Assembly (NCBI GenBank): GCA_964493715.1
Contig: CAZBPC010000014.1
Coordinates: forward strand, 1-57,301
Direction: 5' to 3'
DNA length: 57,301 nt
Origin: an uncultured archaeon
GTDB lineage: Archaea > Asgardarchaeota > Lokiarchaeia > Sigyniarchaeales > SOKP01
A program made the position numbers and the translations under genes. The notes beneath the pieces are model-generated. The model was not told the origin of the DNA. It ran no database searches and was given only the letters and a program-made list of their open reading frames with translations. Shown here one piece after another: positions 9,403-19,043 of the stretch; the first letter of the stretch is position 1; every line of letters starts with the position of its first letter.

Positions 9403-11055
9403 ATGAAGGAGCTATTTTTAGGGCTTGATTGTTCCACTCAAGGGCTTACCGGGATTTTATTTGATTTCAATTCTTTTCAAATCATTCAGAAATATGAAGT
9501 GATCTATGATAAAGATTTGGCTCATTACAAAACTCAAAACGGAGTTTATATACTTGATGATGGAATTACGGTTCATTCAAATCCAATCATGTGGGTAGAA
9601 GCCTTAGAACTTTTACTTCATAAAATGATGAAGGATAAAATAGCAATGAATACAATTTTAGCTATTTCTGGTTCGGCCCAACAACATGGTACCGTATATC
9701 TCAATGATACATTTGAAAAAAGACTCAAAAATTTGAATTCTAACTCTAATTTAAGCGATCAAATAAATGGGACATTTTCACGAGAAACAAGTCCTGTGTG
9801 GATGGATTCGAGCACTTCAAAACAATGTCAAGAAATTAGAGAAAAATTGGGAGGTAGTAAAAATGTGATTAAACTCACGGGTTCAAATACTTTTGAACGA
9901 TTTTCAGGTCCCCAAATAAGAAAATTCTACCAACATCAACCAGAACAATATGCCAAAACGCATGTGATTCATTTAATCAGCTCTTATATGGCTTCTATAT
10001 TGTTAGGAAAGAATGCTCCTATTGATCACGGAGATGGTGCAGGAATGAATTTAATGAATATCACCATCAATCAATGGGATCAAGACGCTATGGAAGCAAC
10101 AGCACCAAATTTACTCCTAAAATTGCCTTCTCTTGTCAAATCTTATGAAATTATAGGAAAAATTGCTCCTTATTTTAATGAGAAATATGGGTTTTCGTCA
10201 AAGACGTTACTAATAGCTTGGTCAGGAGATAATCCAAATAGCTTGATAGGGGTGGGAATGACCTCCAAAGGGAAAGCAGCAATTAGTTTAGGAACGAGTG
10301 ATACATATTTTGGATATATGAAACAACTATCTCTCGATTATAAAGGAGAAGGGCACGTATTTGGTGCTCCTACGGGTGATTATATGAGTTTAATATGTTT
10401 TAAGAATGGCTCATTAGCAAGGGAGGAGATTAAAAATCAATTTAGTTTAACTTGGGAACAATTTTCCAGCATGTTACTCAGCACATCTCCAGGTAATAAT
10501 GGAAATATCATGCTACCCTACTTTTTTCCAGAAATAGTCCCTCTTGTACTAAACCCTAAAGTATATCGATTTGGGTTTAATGAGAATGATCCAGAAATAA
10601 ACGTGAGAGCTATTATAGAAGCACAATTCTTATCGATGAAATTACATTCAAGATGGATTGGTGAAAAAGCTAGTGAAATCCATGCAACTGGGGGAGCATC
10701 AATAAATACAGAGATCATGCGAGTTGCCGCCGATATATTTAACTCACCCGTACGTATTTTTGAACTCACGAACTCAGCAGCTCTAGGAGCAGCTATAAGA
10801 AGTGCGAAATCTTTCTATGATTCGGTCCACAAAGATAAAAATTGGACTGAAATTAATGAAAGCGTATTAAAATTACTTGTTAAAAAAATTATATACCCAA
10901 ATGAAAAAGTCAAAGAATTATACGAAGAAATGCTCCTCTTATATGAAAAATGCGAAGATTATGTCCTTAGAAAAGCTGAAAATCCCGAAATTTTTAGACA
11001 GAGATTTAAAACCAAATATTTGAAGGAACATTTAAAAAATTCTAAAAATATTTAA
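9403..11055 (+). CDS. xylulokinase (FGGY family, XYLB/Xks1-like subtype)
   Basis: LGLDCSTQ, ISGSAQQHGTVY, WMDSST..QC, ERFSGPQIRK, GDNPNSL, SLGTSDT, FKNGSLARE, ATGGAS. Confidence 0.88.
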   Translation: MKELFLGLDCSTQGLTGILFDFNSFQIIQKYEVIYDKDLAHYKTQNGVYILDDGITVHSNPIMWVEALELLLHKMMKDKIAMNTILAISGSAQQHGTVYLNDTFEKRLKNLNSNSNLSDQINGTFSRETSPVWMDSSTSKQCQEIREKLGGSKNVIKLTGSNTFERFSGPQIRKFYQHQPEQYAKTHVIHLISSYMASILLGKNAPIDHGDGAGMNLMNITINQWDQDAMEATAPNLLLKLPSLVKSYEIIGKIAPYFNEKYGFSSKTLLIAWSGDNPNSLIGVGMTSKGKAAISLGTSDTYFGYMKQLSLDYKGEGHVFGAPTGDYMSLICFKNGSLAREEIKNQFSLTWEQFSSMLLSTSPGNNGNIMLPYFFPEIVPLVLNPKVYRFGFNENDPEINVRAIIEAQFLSMKLHSRWIGEKASEIHATGGASINTEIMRVAADIFNSPVRIFELTNSAALGAAIRSAKSFYDSVHKDKNWTEINESVLKLLVKKIIYPNEKVKELYEEMLLLYEKCEDYVLRKAENPEIFRQRFKTKYLKEHLKNSKNI

Positions 11056-11101
11056 TCTTAAATTATGTATATTAATATAAATAAAATTTTAACCAATTAT
11101 A

Positions 11102-11296
11102 ATGACGTCTGAACTTTTAGAACCATCTAGAAATAAAAAAACACTTTACATTCTCCTTGCGGCAGTCATCATATCAGCTATTTTGATTATCTTGATCTCT
11201 GTAAATATGGCTACTACATATCCAATAGATGACGGAGGCGGATGAGGATGTTTTATAATTCCACACATCACCAAGTTATTAGGGTTATTACTTTAA
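11102..11296 (+). CDS. small single-pass membrane protein, candidate selenoprotein (in-frame TGA at 11243-11245)
   Basis: MTSELLEPSRNKKTLYILLAAVIISAILIILISVNMATTYPIDDGGG-TGA-GCFIIPHITKLLGLLL-TAA; clear TM helix; SECIS-like hairpin just downstream; 47 aa if TGA is a stop, 64 aa with Sec. Confidence 0.65.
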
Positions 11297-11344
11297 ATGT
11301 GAATGATTCTTGTGAAAAAATGATGGTCACGAGAGGACTGCCTT
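11296..11344 (+). promoter_or_regulatory. SECIS-like element (eukaryote/Lokiarchaeota type)
   Basis: AUGA 11303-11306; stem UCUUGUGA (11308-15)/UCACGAGA (11327-34); loop AAAAAUGAUGG; GA 11336-37 giving tandem G.A/A.G pairs; lower helix weak. Confidence 0.6.
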
Positions 11345-11501
11345 GCTCGGGCAATATTTGGTGAAAAACATAATAAAAATGTATCACAAAATTTTTAATA
11401 TGATTACTATTATAATTAGTATTATTCCTCTATAAATTGAAAATTCTTATAAATTTTCAAAACCTCACAAATTAAGTCAATAGCGATTAAGGTGAAAAAG
11501 T

Positions 11502-12299
11502 ATCTCGAAAGAAATTCCTGAAAATGTTAAAGAAGCACTTCGATCTATTGGACTCACTGACTATGAAATTGCCATATATCTCACACTCATAAGCAAAGGT
11601 CCAATGGATGCGAGAGAGCTCTCTGATGCCTCAGGAGTTCCATACTCGCGGATCTATAACATCTTAACTCAACTGGAAAAAGATAAAATGTGGATTTTAA
11701 AAGAGGAATCATCCCGTCCCTCGAAGTATTTTTCAAAAAGTCCAGATGAAGCATTAGTGATAGCAAAAAAACAATATAACGAAAGCTTCGATGAACATTC
11801 AAACAAGATAATCCATGAACTCACCCCTATATATGAATCACATGATACTCCTATAAAAGTTGCTTTATATATCCATCGAGGTCGAAATGCGTGTATTAGT
11901 CGCGGTCTTTCTTTAATAAATCAAGCACACAACTCAATATACTTAGTGTGCCCCGAACATGAATTTTTAGACATATTCTATGATGATGCTAAAAAAGCTA
12001 GAGCTCGAGGTGTGACAGACATTAAAATTTTAGTTGAAGAAAGCTCGCTTAAGGACAAGAAATTCCACGATATACTCAAGAAATATTCTGAAATAGCTAT
12101 TATTCGCTCTAGGGATCAAGTATTTGGAACATGCATAGTCATGGATGAAGGAGAAGATGCATTTATTATATTAACACAAAAATTCTTTAAAGGTCTCAGT
12201 TATTTTGGTGCGTTAACTGATCATGTCGCCTTCGGTCCCGCAGCTAATTATTATTTTGATTATTTATACAAATCCGCAAAAGAAGTTGTATTAAAGTAG
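11502..12299 (+). CDS. TrmB family transcription regulator
   Basis: the frame extends upstream of ATG 11604 as ISKEIPENVKEALRSIGLTDYEIAIYLTLISKGP, then MDARELSDASGVPYSRIYNILTQL (TrmB HTH); start codon uncertain (see findings). Confidence 0.85.
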   Translation: MSKEIPENVKEALRSIGLTDYEIAIYLTLISKGPMDARELSDASGVPYSRIYNILTQLEKDKMWILKEESSRPSKYFSKSPDEALVIAKKQYNESFDEHSNKIIHELTPIYESHDTPIKVALYIHRGRNACISRGLSLINQAHNSIYLVCPEHEFLDIFYDDAKKARARGVTDIKILVEESSLKDKKFHDILKKYSEIAIIRSRDQVFGTCIVMDEGEDAFIILTQKFFKGLSYFGALTDHVAFGPAANYYFDYLYKSAKEVVLK

Positions 12300-12350
12300 A
12301 TTTATCATTCTATTTTTGAGTTTAAAAAATTTAAAAAAATACTTGCTTTA

Positions 12351-12641
12351 TTACCAAGTAATAGTTATTGCGTTTTCTGGACAAGCATTTACGCATTTGA
12401 AACATCTTGTACAAAGTGAGCCCCATATAGGAGTTATCCTCCAATCTTGGGGATCGTATGGATCTTCTTGTTTCTTTTCGGTACCGATGGTGGGATGCAT
12501 GACAAAAACAGCGGGATCACACGATCTCATGCAGAGACTACAATCACGTGGATCAATTTTACCTCCTTCCCCACAAATTGAATAATCAATTTCAATTTTT
12601 GTTCGGGTTTTCTTATTTTTAGATTTACTCATGATAATCAC
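12351..12641 (-). CDS. small 4Fe-4S ferredoxin-like protein
   Basis: C....DCSLCMRSCDP and CTRCFKCVNACP motifs. Confidence 0.85.
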   Translation of the reverse strand: MIIMSKSKNKKTRTKIEIDYSICGEGGKIDPRDCSLCMRSCDPAVFVMHPTIGTEKKQEDPYDPQDWRITPIWGSLCTRCFKCVNACPENAITITW

Positions 12642-13514
12642 CTAATATGTTCCATCAAATCCGGGATATTCCTCCCTTGGAATTAATTTCAACGCATCAT
12701 TTTTACACGCATGACGACAGATTCCACAACCAAAGCACTTGTCATAATCAATAATTACTCTGTTCATTGAAGGAATGAAGCGAATCGCATTCAGCTGGCA
12801 CATTGCAACACATTGTTTGCAACCTTGGCATTTATCTTGATCTAATTGGATGATATACTCTGCTTTATACATTACATGCAGATCAAAATTATTCCTTAGA
12901 GTAAATCCGCCGCATTCAGGACTTTCACATGAACAAATGGCGTTTATATAGGGAACTGGTTGAAACCAAACCGAAGAAATATATCCTTTCTTGTTAAATT
13001 CCTCCAATTTTTCCATCGCAGTTTCTCTATCTATTCTATAGGTTCTGTCTTTAGGGATGAATCGGGGCAGTTTTTCTAATACCTCGGATAACACTCCAAA
13101 ATTAATGCATACAGCTTCCTTCTCTTTTCTCTGCATCCACCTACACATACAGTAATTACATATGATAGGCTCTGCTGCAAGCTCCGACATGATTAGTTGA
13201 GCGTCTTCCAAGGGGATAACTTGACCAAAGTGACCATCTGCATTTTTTGCATTCCTATTTTTCGATTCACTATGAATCATGCTTTCCGCCCGCCATCTTA
13301 AGATTCGACCAATTATTGGCATCTTGAGTTTATATCCCAAGTCTTTCGAAGAAAAACCAGCAATTTTCCTTATATAAATCTGTTCAAAATTCATCCACTG
13401 CTCCGTTAAATAATCTGTCATTTCAGCTTCGGAGGAAAGTTGATCGGCATGATAATTACGTGAATTAAGATACCATTTCTTACCTGCACCGTGTTTTAAA
13501 CACCATTGACACAT
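12642..13514 (-). CDS. 4Fe-4S dicluster-binding protein
   Basis: CQGCKQCVAMC and CFGCGICRHAC at the C-terminus; additional CMCR and ICSC clusters; abuts the small ferredoxin gene. Confidence 0.85.
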   Translation of the reverse strand: MCQWCLKHGAGKKWYLNSRNYHADQLSSEAEMTDYLTEQWMNFEQIYIRKIAGFSSKDLGYKLKMPIIGRILRWRAESMIHSESKNRNAKNADGHFGQVIPLEDAQLIMSELAAEPIICNYCMCRWMQRKEKEAVCINFGVLSEVLEKLPRFIPKDRTYRIDRETAMEKLEEFNKKGYISSVWFQPVPYINAICSCESPECGGFTLRNNFDLHVMYKAEYIIQLDQDKCQGCKQCVAMCQLNAIRFIPSMNRVIIDYDKCFGCGICRHACKNDALKLIPREEYPGFDGTY

Positions 13515-13702
13515 TATACTATTCTCCTAAAATTATGTATATACGATACTATGTTTAAGTTGTTAATAAACCTTAGACTTTATCCTATGAAAGTTTTCGT
13601 AATGAATTCTTTATTTCTTGTACGAAATAGTGGAAGTAAAAGAAAAACTCACAGAAATCTTTTTTGAATAAAGAAGATTAGCATGTATCTTTATTTTTAT
13701 TC

Positions 13703-15349
13703 TTAATTTTCCCTTTTTCTTTCTAATTCGATTAATTCTCGCCTTAAAATCTTACCTGATCCCGATTTCGGAATTGAATTGACAAACTCGACCTCCCGTA
13801 TCTTCTTATACGCTGAAATCCGTTCAGCTACCCAATTCATAATGTCTTCTTCGCTCACTTTTCCTTGGGATTCGTCATTTAAAATAATAAAAGCCTTTGG
13901 GATTTGTCCGATATCGAGCTCTTTCGAAGGTTTGCCAATAACAGCAGCATCAAATATATGGGGGTTTTTAAACAATAAATCTTCAAGTTCAGCGGGAGCA
14001 ATGCTCCATCCTTTATACTTGATCATTTCTTTGATGCGGTCAGCAAGATGTTCATATTCATCTTCGTCTATATGAGCCATATCGCCCGTCCTTAGCCATT
14101 TCTCCCCCGTGCTAGGATCAGTCCAGAAGGAATTTTCGGTTTCCTTTGGTCTGTTCCAATATCCTTTCATGACTTGAGGACCTTTAATAACTAATTCACC
14201 AACCTGGCCGCGTTCTGGCAATTCTTTGTTTGTTTCTACATCAATTATTTTATGATAGGTATCGGGAATGAGAGTCCCTTGAGATTCCATTTTGGGACGA
14301 TACATGGGGTTGACTGCCACTACGGGAGAAGCTTCAGTTAGACCCCATCCGTGTTGTACTGTTACTTCTTTTGCGTTGCATTTTTCTTTCGCGAGTTTAT
14401 CAAACCTCTCGAGGAGTTCGAGAGGGATAGGGGCCGCACCATTATTAAAGATCTTAAGATTGCTCCAATCGTATCCGTTATTATTTGGGTCTTCGAGGTG
14501 ACGAACAACTGCTAAAAATATTGGAGGAACGCATAAGCTATATGATACTTGATATTTTTCAATGAGTTCACAAAATTCTTTTACATCAAATCTGGGTGTT
14601 ACTACTTGTGCTGCACCTAACCAGATTGATTGGTTCATCCCAACATTTAATCCATAAATATGATAAAGTGGGAGTACAATTATGGCAACATCAAGTTCAC
14701 TTAATTCGAATAGCTGTGATATTTGAACTACGTTTGAAACTATATTATAGTGGGTGAGCATGGTACCTTTTGGTAAACCTGTAGTTCCGCTGGTGTATAC
14801 CAAAGCAGCAAGATCCTCTTTTACATTAAATGTATACTCTGGAGGATTTGGTGTTGTTGAATCCATTAATTCTGACCAACCTAAAGTTCCCTTTGGTAAA
14901 CTATCTTTAGTTGCTTCCGATTCGATAATTATAACATGCTTAAGATCCGTTTGTTCTTTAACGGGTTCTACATTGGAATAAAGATATTGAGAAACAACTA
15001 TGATTTCAGCGCCTGAATCATTCAATTCATACTTCACTTCAGTTTCTTTAAATTGTGGATTCATCGGGACCAGGATTGCTCCTGCTTTCTCCAATCCATA
15101 AAAAGAAATTTCCCACTCGATTGAATTAGGAGCAAATAATGCTACGCGATCCCCTTTTCTTACACCTAAATTTTTCAATATGGTAGCAAAAATATCTACT
15201 TTTGCTTTAAACTCTCGAAAAGTTAATTTTTTAGGGTATATAAAAGCAAGTCTTTCAGGAAACCTTTCTGCAGTGTCTTCTAAAATGGCACTTACAGGAA
15301 TTTTAGGGTAAAAGAGGTGTCCTCTTTTGAATTTTACCAATTTTTTCAC
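13703..15349 (-). CDS. long-chain fatty-acid/aryl-CoA ligase (AMP-binding)
   Basis: YTSGTTGLPKG, GWGLTEASP, GPQVMKGYW, WLRTGD, PKSGSGKILRR. Confidence 0.93.
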   Translation of the reverse strand: MKKLVKFKRGHLFYPKIPVSAILEDTAERFPERLAFIYPKKLTFREFKAKVDIFATILKNLGVRKGDRVALFAPNSIEWEISFYGLEKAGAILVPMNPQFKETEVKYELNDSGAEIIVVSQYLYSNVEPVKEQTDLKHVIIIESEATKDSLPKGTLGWSELMDSTTPNPPEYTFNVKEDLAALVYTSGTTGLPKGTMLTHYNIVSNVVQISQLFELSELDVAIIVLPLYHIYGLNVGMNQSIWLGAAQVVTPRFDVKEFCELIEKYQVSYSLCVPPIFLAVVRHLEDPNNNGYDWSNLKIFNNGAAPIPLELLERFDKLAKEKCNAKEVTVQHGWGLTEASPVVAVNPMYRPKMESQGTLIPDTYHKIIDVETNKELPERGQVGELVIKGPQVMKGYWNRPKETENSFWTDPSTGEKWLRTGDMAHIDEDEYEHLADRIKEMIKYKGWSIAPAELEDLLFKNPHIFDAAVIGKPSKELDIGQIPKAFIILNDESQGKVSEEDIMNWVAERISAYKKIREVEFVNSIPKSGSGKILRRELIELERKREN

Positions 15350-15424
15350 CTTAATTATGTTTTAACATATCTAATACGTCTAAACATTATTTATAATTTT
15401 CTTTAGATTAATACGAATTATTCC

Positions 15425-16348
15425 CTAAGATATACTTTTCGTCCTTAAATGCTCCATCATTCCAGATCCAATTTCTCCCGTTTTCAAATTTTTCACGATT
15501 ACCATTTGCTCAAAAAGTTCGGTAAAACCACCGGAAAAATCACGAACAAATCGAATAAAAGATGTTTTAAACATTCTAATTGATTTGATCTTATATGGAT
15601 TTCCTTCATCATCCTCGAACTCATAATTAGCTGCTATTGGACTTTTGAATTGATCCATATCATTTTCTGTTTCGATTTCTAAAGAGTTTAATAAAGTATT
15701 CCCTTTTTTCTTTGACACATGTCCTGATAAATCGATTTTCTCCTTGGAATAATCTTTCCGAAAGGCGCAGGACCAATCTTTAAATTGAAAATGTCCTGCA
15801 TACCATTTATCGAACTGATGCCAATCTCGAAACCCCCAACTTTTATCGCGTTGTCCATATCCATTTAATTTAGTGATTCCTCCATCATTCGTAGATAATT
15901 TCCCCGAGATTATCCCTGATGATTCAAAATGCTGATGCCAAGATTTAGAAGAATCGACACCAAAATTATGAGTGGGAAATCTCGTTTCAAAAGTTAAATC
16001 AAGTCGTAACTTACGGGAATTATATGATATTTTCCATTTTTTGAAAGGCTTCAAAAGCATGTACGAAAGTCTTTTATCTCGCAACATGGTAGTAATTTCT
16101 TGATCATATTCTTCTAAGAGTGGTTCTTTGTAATAAATCTCATTTCGATCTTCAAGGAATAATAAAAATACGAACTCTCTTCTGTTTTCATTAGGGACTA
16201 TTCCAATTGTAGAAAATCCGGATACTTTATTAGTTAAATCAGTCCAATTAAAATAATAAGATTCTCGCCATTTTATTTCTTCAGTAGGTTGATGTAATAG
16301 TTCATCTTTTTCATTCAACCCCAATGGTATGATATCCATAGAAATCAT
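15425..16348 (-). CDS. AttH/tocopherol-cyclase-like beta-barrel protein
   Basis: WRESYYFNW, HFESSG...G, GQRDKSWGFRDW motifs; ATGA-overlap coupling to the upstream gene. Confidence 0.6.
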   Translation of the reverse strand: MISMDIIPLGLNEKDELLHQPTEEIKWRESYYFNWTDLTNKVSGFSTIGIVPNENRREFVFLLFLEDRNEIYYKEPLLEEYDQEITTMLRDKRLSYMLLKPFKKWKISYNSRKLRLDLTFETRFPTHNFGVDSSKSWHQHFESSGIISGKLSTNDGGITKLNGYGQRDKSWGFRDWHQFDKWYAGHFQFKDWSCAFRKDYSKEKIDLSGHVSKKKGNTLLNSLEIETENDMDQFKSPIAANYEFEDDEGNPYKIKSIRMFKTSFIRFVRDFSGGFTELFEQMVIVKNLKTGEIGSGMMEHLRTKSIS

Positions 16349-17508
16349 TCCTCTGGGAGTAAATACAAGGATGGACCTTCCCTTTTCTTTTTTGCTTTAC
16401 TTCTCATTAACCGAGGAATTCCAGGGTCAAAATCGGATTCCATGAATGCTGGAATATATTTGTTCATTGTTTTTTCAGTCAGATCCCAATTAAAATTGCT
16501 AGTAATACCCACTTGATTGGTGTATCGAGCATATCCATAACAATAAGCATAAGCTCCAGCAATAAGTCGTTGCTTACGGTCCCATTTTGAAAATTTTAAG
16601 AAGAGTTCCTTGTTTGCTTTTGTGGCATACTCATTGAATCCTTCTAACACGTCAAAATCTAATGGCTTAATAATATCTTTATCGCGGGTAAAGATTGCTG
16701 CTCCCGTAATATGGTTAGTAAAATCAGCGGGATCTGTGTCCATTGAAGCAAAATCATCAAATTCAACACTGATATCTTTTAAGCGATAGGCAAATGCAAT
16801 ATTACTGAAAGGAGCTGTTGCTTGAGTTTCAGACCATGGGAAATGGAGTTCTTTTCCATCGAATAAATGAGAAATTTCACGAAATACTAAAATTTCATTA
16901 TCGTTAATGATATACGGACCATGATCACATAATTTTGCCCGTGCTTCGCATTCATCTAGGAAAGAAACGATCTCAAGATTTGCCATGGTTCGTTTTATAT
17001 TTCCCGCGTGTTGCTTAGTGATATCTACTAAATGATCAACAGTCCAATCCACGTCTTTTTGGTTAATTGCCATATTTTTCTTATCTGAATCAAAAACGGA
17101 TAATTTTCCATGAAAATAAGATTCTGCTAGTCTTTTCCAAAAATCCAGAATAAATAATGTTTCATTACGCTTTTCTATCGTTTCACTTGCAGGATTTCCA
17201 TTATTTTGATGAATTTCTCCCATTCTACCCACCATGTAGTATAATGGGATATAAAAGATACTTAAAGCTTGAATTTCAGACAAGATTTTTCGACTTTCGA
17301 TTCCTAATTGTTCCGGAGTTATCTTTTCTGAAACTTTTTTTAAAATATCGTACAACATGTCATATGCGTTATAGAATGAGACGCATATATACGCAGTAAC
17401 GGGAAATAACTGTGTTTCTAACAACCCTCTCTTCGATACTTGATAATCTACAAGTTCTGAGGCGTGGGTTATAAGTTCATTTGCTTCTTGCACATTCATT
17501 ATCATCAA
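16345..17508 (-). CDS. uncharacterised protein, putative substrate-binding partner of the split dikinase
   Basis: 387-aa soluble ORF containing R...DHGPY....ILVFRE; divergent from the phosphohistidine-domain gene; function inferred from context only. Confidence 0.55.
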   Translation of the reverse strand: MMIMNVQEANELITHASELVDYQVSKRGLLETQLFPVTAYICVSFYNAYDMLYDILKKVSEKITPEQLGIESRKILSEIQALSIFYIPLYYMVGRMGEIHQNNGNPASETIEKRNETLFILDFWKRLAESYFHGKLSVFDSDKKNMAINQKDVDWTVDHLVDITKQHAGNIKRTMANLEIVSFLDECEARAKLCDHGPYIINDNEILVFREISHLFDGKELHFPWSETQATAPFSNIAFAYRLKDISVEFDDFASMDTDPADFTNHITGAAIFTRDKDIIKPLDFDVLEGFNEYATKANKELFLKFSKWDRKQRLIAGAYAYCYGYARYTNQVGITSNFNWDLTEKTMNKYIPAFMESDFDPGIPRLMRSKAKKKREGPSLYLLPEE

Positions 17509-17649
17509 TTTAAAATTTTAACAAAAATTAATCTATTATATTTATATTGTTATCCGCATATTTGAAGCTATTTCGTAAAAAGTTTTAAGTCATAAACAAA
17601 AATAAAACATACAAGTATCATGTAATTGAATTATCTAGGTAGATATGCT

Positions 17650-18009
17650 ATGAAATTGATCGGCGAAGGATTATCTTGTTCTTCAAAAAAAGAAGTATTA
17701 GGAGAATTAGTCCATGTTAAAACAATTGAAGATGTGATCCAATTATTTGATACTGCTCACGGGAAAATCTGTCTAGTTGATGATGCAGGGATTACTACCC
17801 TTGGTCCTATTTTATCAGAGCTTACAGGTACAATTTGCACAACAGGTGGTGCAGGATCCCATCTAGCTATAATATCAAGAGAATTTGGAATTCCTTGTAT
17901 TATGGGAACAAAACTTAGTATTGAAGATACTTCAATACTCATTGGAAAACAAGTTGAGATAAAATATGATGGAGATAACAAAGGACTTATATATCTTTTA
18001 GAAGATTAA
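17650..18009 (+). CDS. stand-alone PEP-utilising enzyme mobile (phosphohistidine swivel) domain
   Basis: TTGGAGSHLAIISREFGIPCIMG phospho-His signature; likely start at ATG 17650. Confidence 0.88.
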   Translation: MKLIGEGLSCSSKKEVLGELVHVKTIEDVIQLFDTAHGKICLVDDAGITTLGPILSELTGTICTTGGAGSHLAIISREFGIPCIMGTKLSIEDTSILIGKQVEIKYDGDNKGLIYLLED

Positions 18010-18030
18010 AAACCTTTAGATAGCAGAAAA

Positions 18031-19014
18031 TTGACACACTATAATTATTTTTCATTTTTAGGAGAAAACCCCCCCAATATAAAAGTTATGGGGGGTAAAG
18101 GAATGAATCTATTTAAACTTCATGATAATGGTATTAGAATTCCACCATGTTTCATTCTAAATACGCGGGCTTACACGGAAGCAATTAAAAAATTGCATAT
18201 TTCTGAAAAAATTGAATTACTTTTTTCCAAATCAAATCCCCATAAAGCTGTAGTAAACTTTTCGAATAATATCCAGACAATAATACAAAGTTATCAATTC
18301 CCTAAAGAGTGTATTATTGAATTGAAACAAGCCCTCGTAAGATTTAAAGAGAATTCTGGAAGAGACGTTTCATTTGCAATTCGATCCTCAGCAAATATCG
18401 AAGATCAAGATCACTTCTCATTTGCTGGACAAGCAGAAAGCTTCTTATTTAATAACACATTGGTGGAAATAATCAAATCCATAAAAAGTTGTTGGGCATC
18501 TCTTTTTTCACCTCAAAATTTGTTATATCTTTTGAAATGTAAACAACATGGAATTGAATTACCTGCTATAAATATGTCTGTGATAATACAAAAGATGATA
18601 GATTCTGAGATAGCAGGTGTATTATTCACGATAAATGTATTAAACAACAACATAAATCAAATGTTAATAAACAGTAGTTATGGTTTGTGTGAAACAATAA
18701 CGAACAACTCCGTAATACCCGATTTAATTATTATAGATAAAAATCAGTTCAATGTAGTAAGTAGTAAAGTTGGAGATAAAGAAATAAGATCTATAAAGAA
18801 TCCTAATGGTCCATTTACAATTATTGTTAAGAATGAGCCTGAGATAAAGAATAAATTTTGTTTACAGAATGAACACTTGTTAAAACTCTATAATTTAGGA
18901 TTAAATATCGAAAAAGTATTTAATTATCCTCAAGATATTGAATGGGCATTTAAAAATGAGATATTATATACATTACAATCACGTCCAATAACAAACCTCT
19001 CCTTGAAAGAATAA
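18031..19014 (+). CDS. stand-alone PEP/pyruvate-binding ATP-grasp domain (PPDK_N/PEP-synthase N-terminus)
   Basis: GGKGMNL, AIRSSANIED..SFAGQ, CWASLFS, IQKMI...AGVLFT, PQDIEWA, LQSRPIT. Confidence 0.9.
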   Translation: MTHYNYFSFLGENPPNIKVMGGKGMNLFKLHDNGIRIPPCFILNTRAYTEAIKKLHISEKIELLFSKSNPHKAVVNFSNNIQTIIQSYQFPKECIIELKQALVRFKENSGRDVSFAIRSSANIEDQDHFSFAGQAESFLFNNTLVEIIKSIKSCWASLFSPQNLLYLLKCKQHGIELPAINMSVIIQKMIDSEIAGVLFTINVLNNNINQMLINSSYGLCETITNNSVIPDLIIIDKNQFNVVSSKVGDKEIRSIKNPNGPFTIIVKNEPEIKNKFCLQNEHLLKLYNLGLNIEKVFNYPQDIEWAFKNEILYTLQSRPITNLSLKE

Positions 19015-19043
19015 AAAGAGAGAAAAGGAAATTTTAAATTAGC

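Noticed and set aside
12316-12585. 89-aa + strand ORF
   Set aside because: It is antisense to the better-supported ferredoxin gene.
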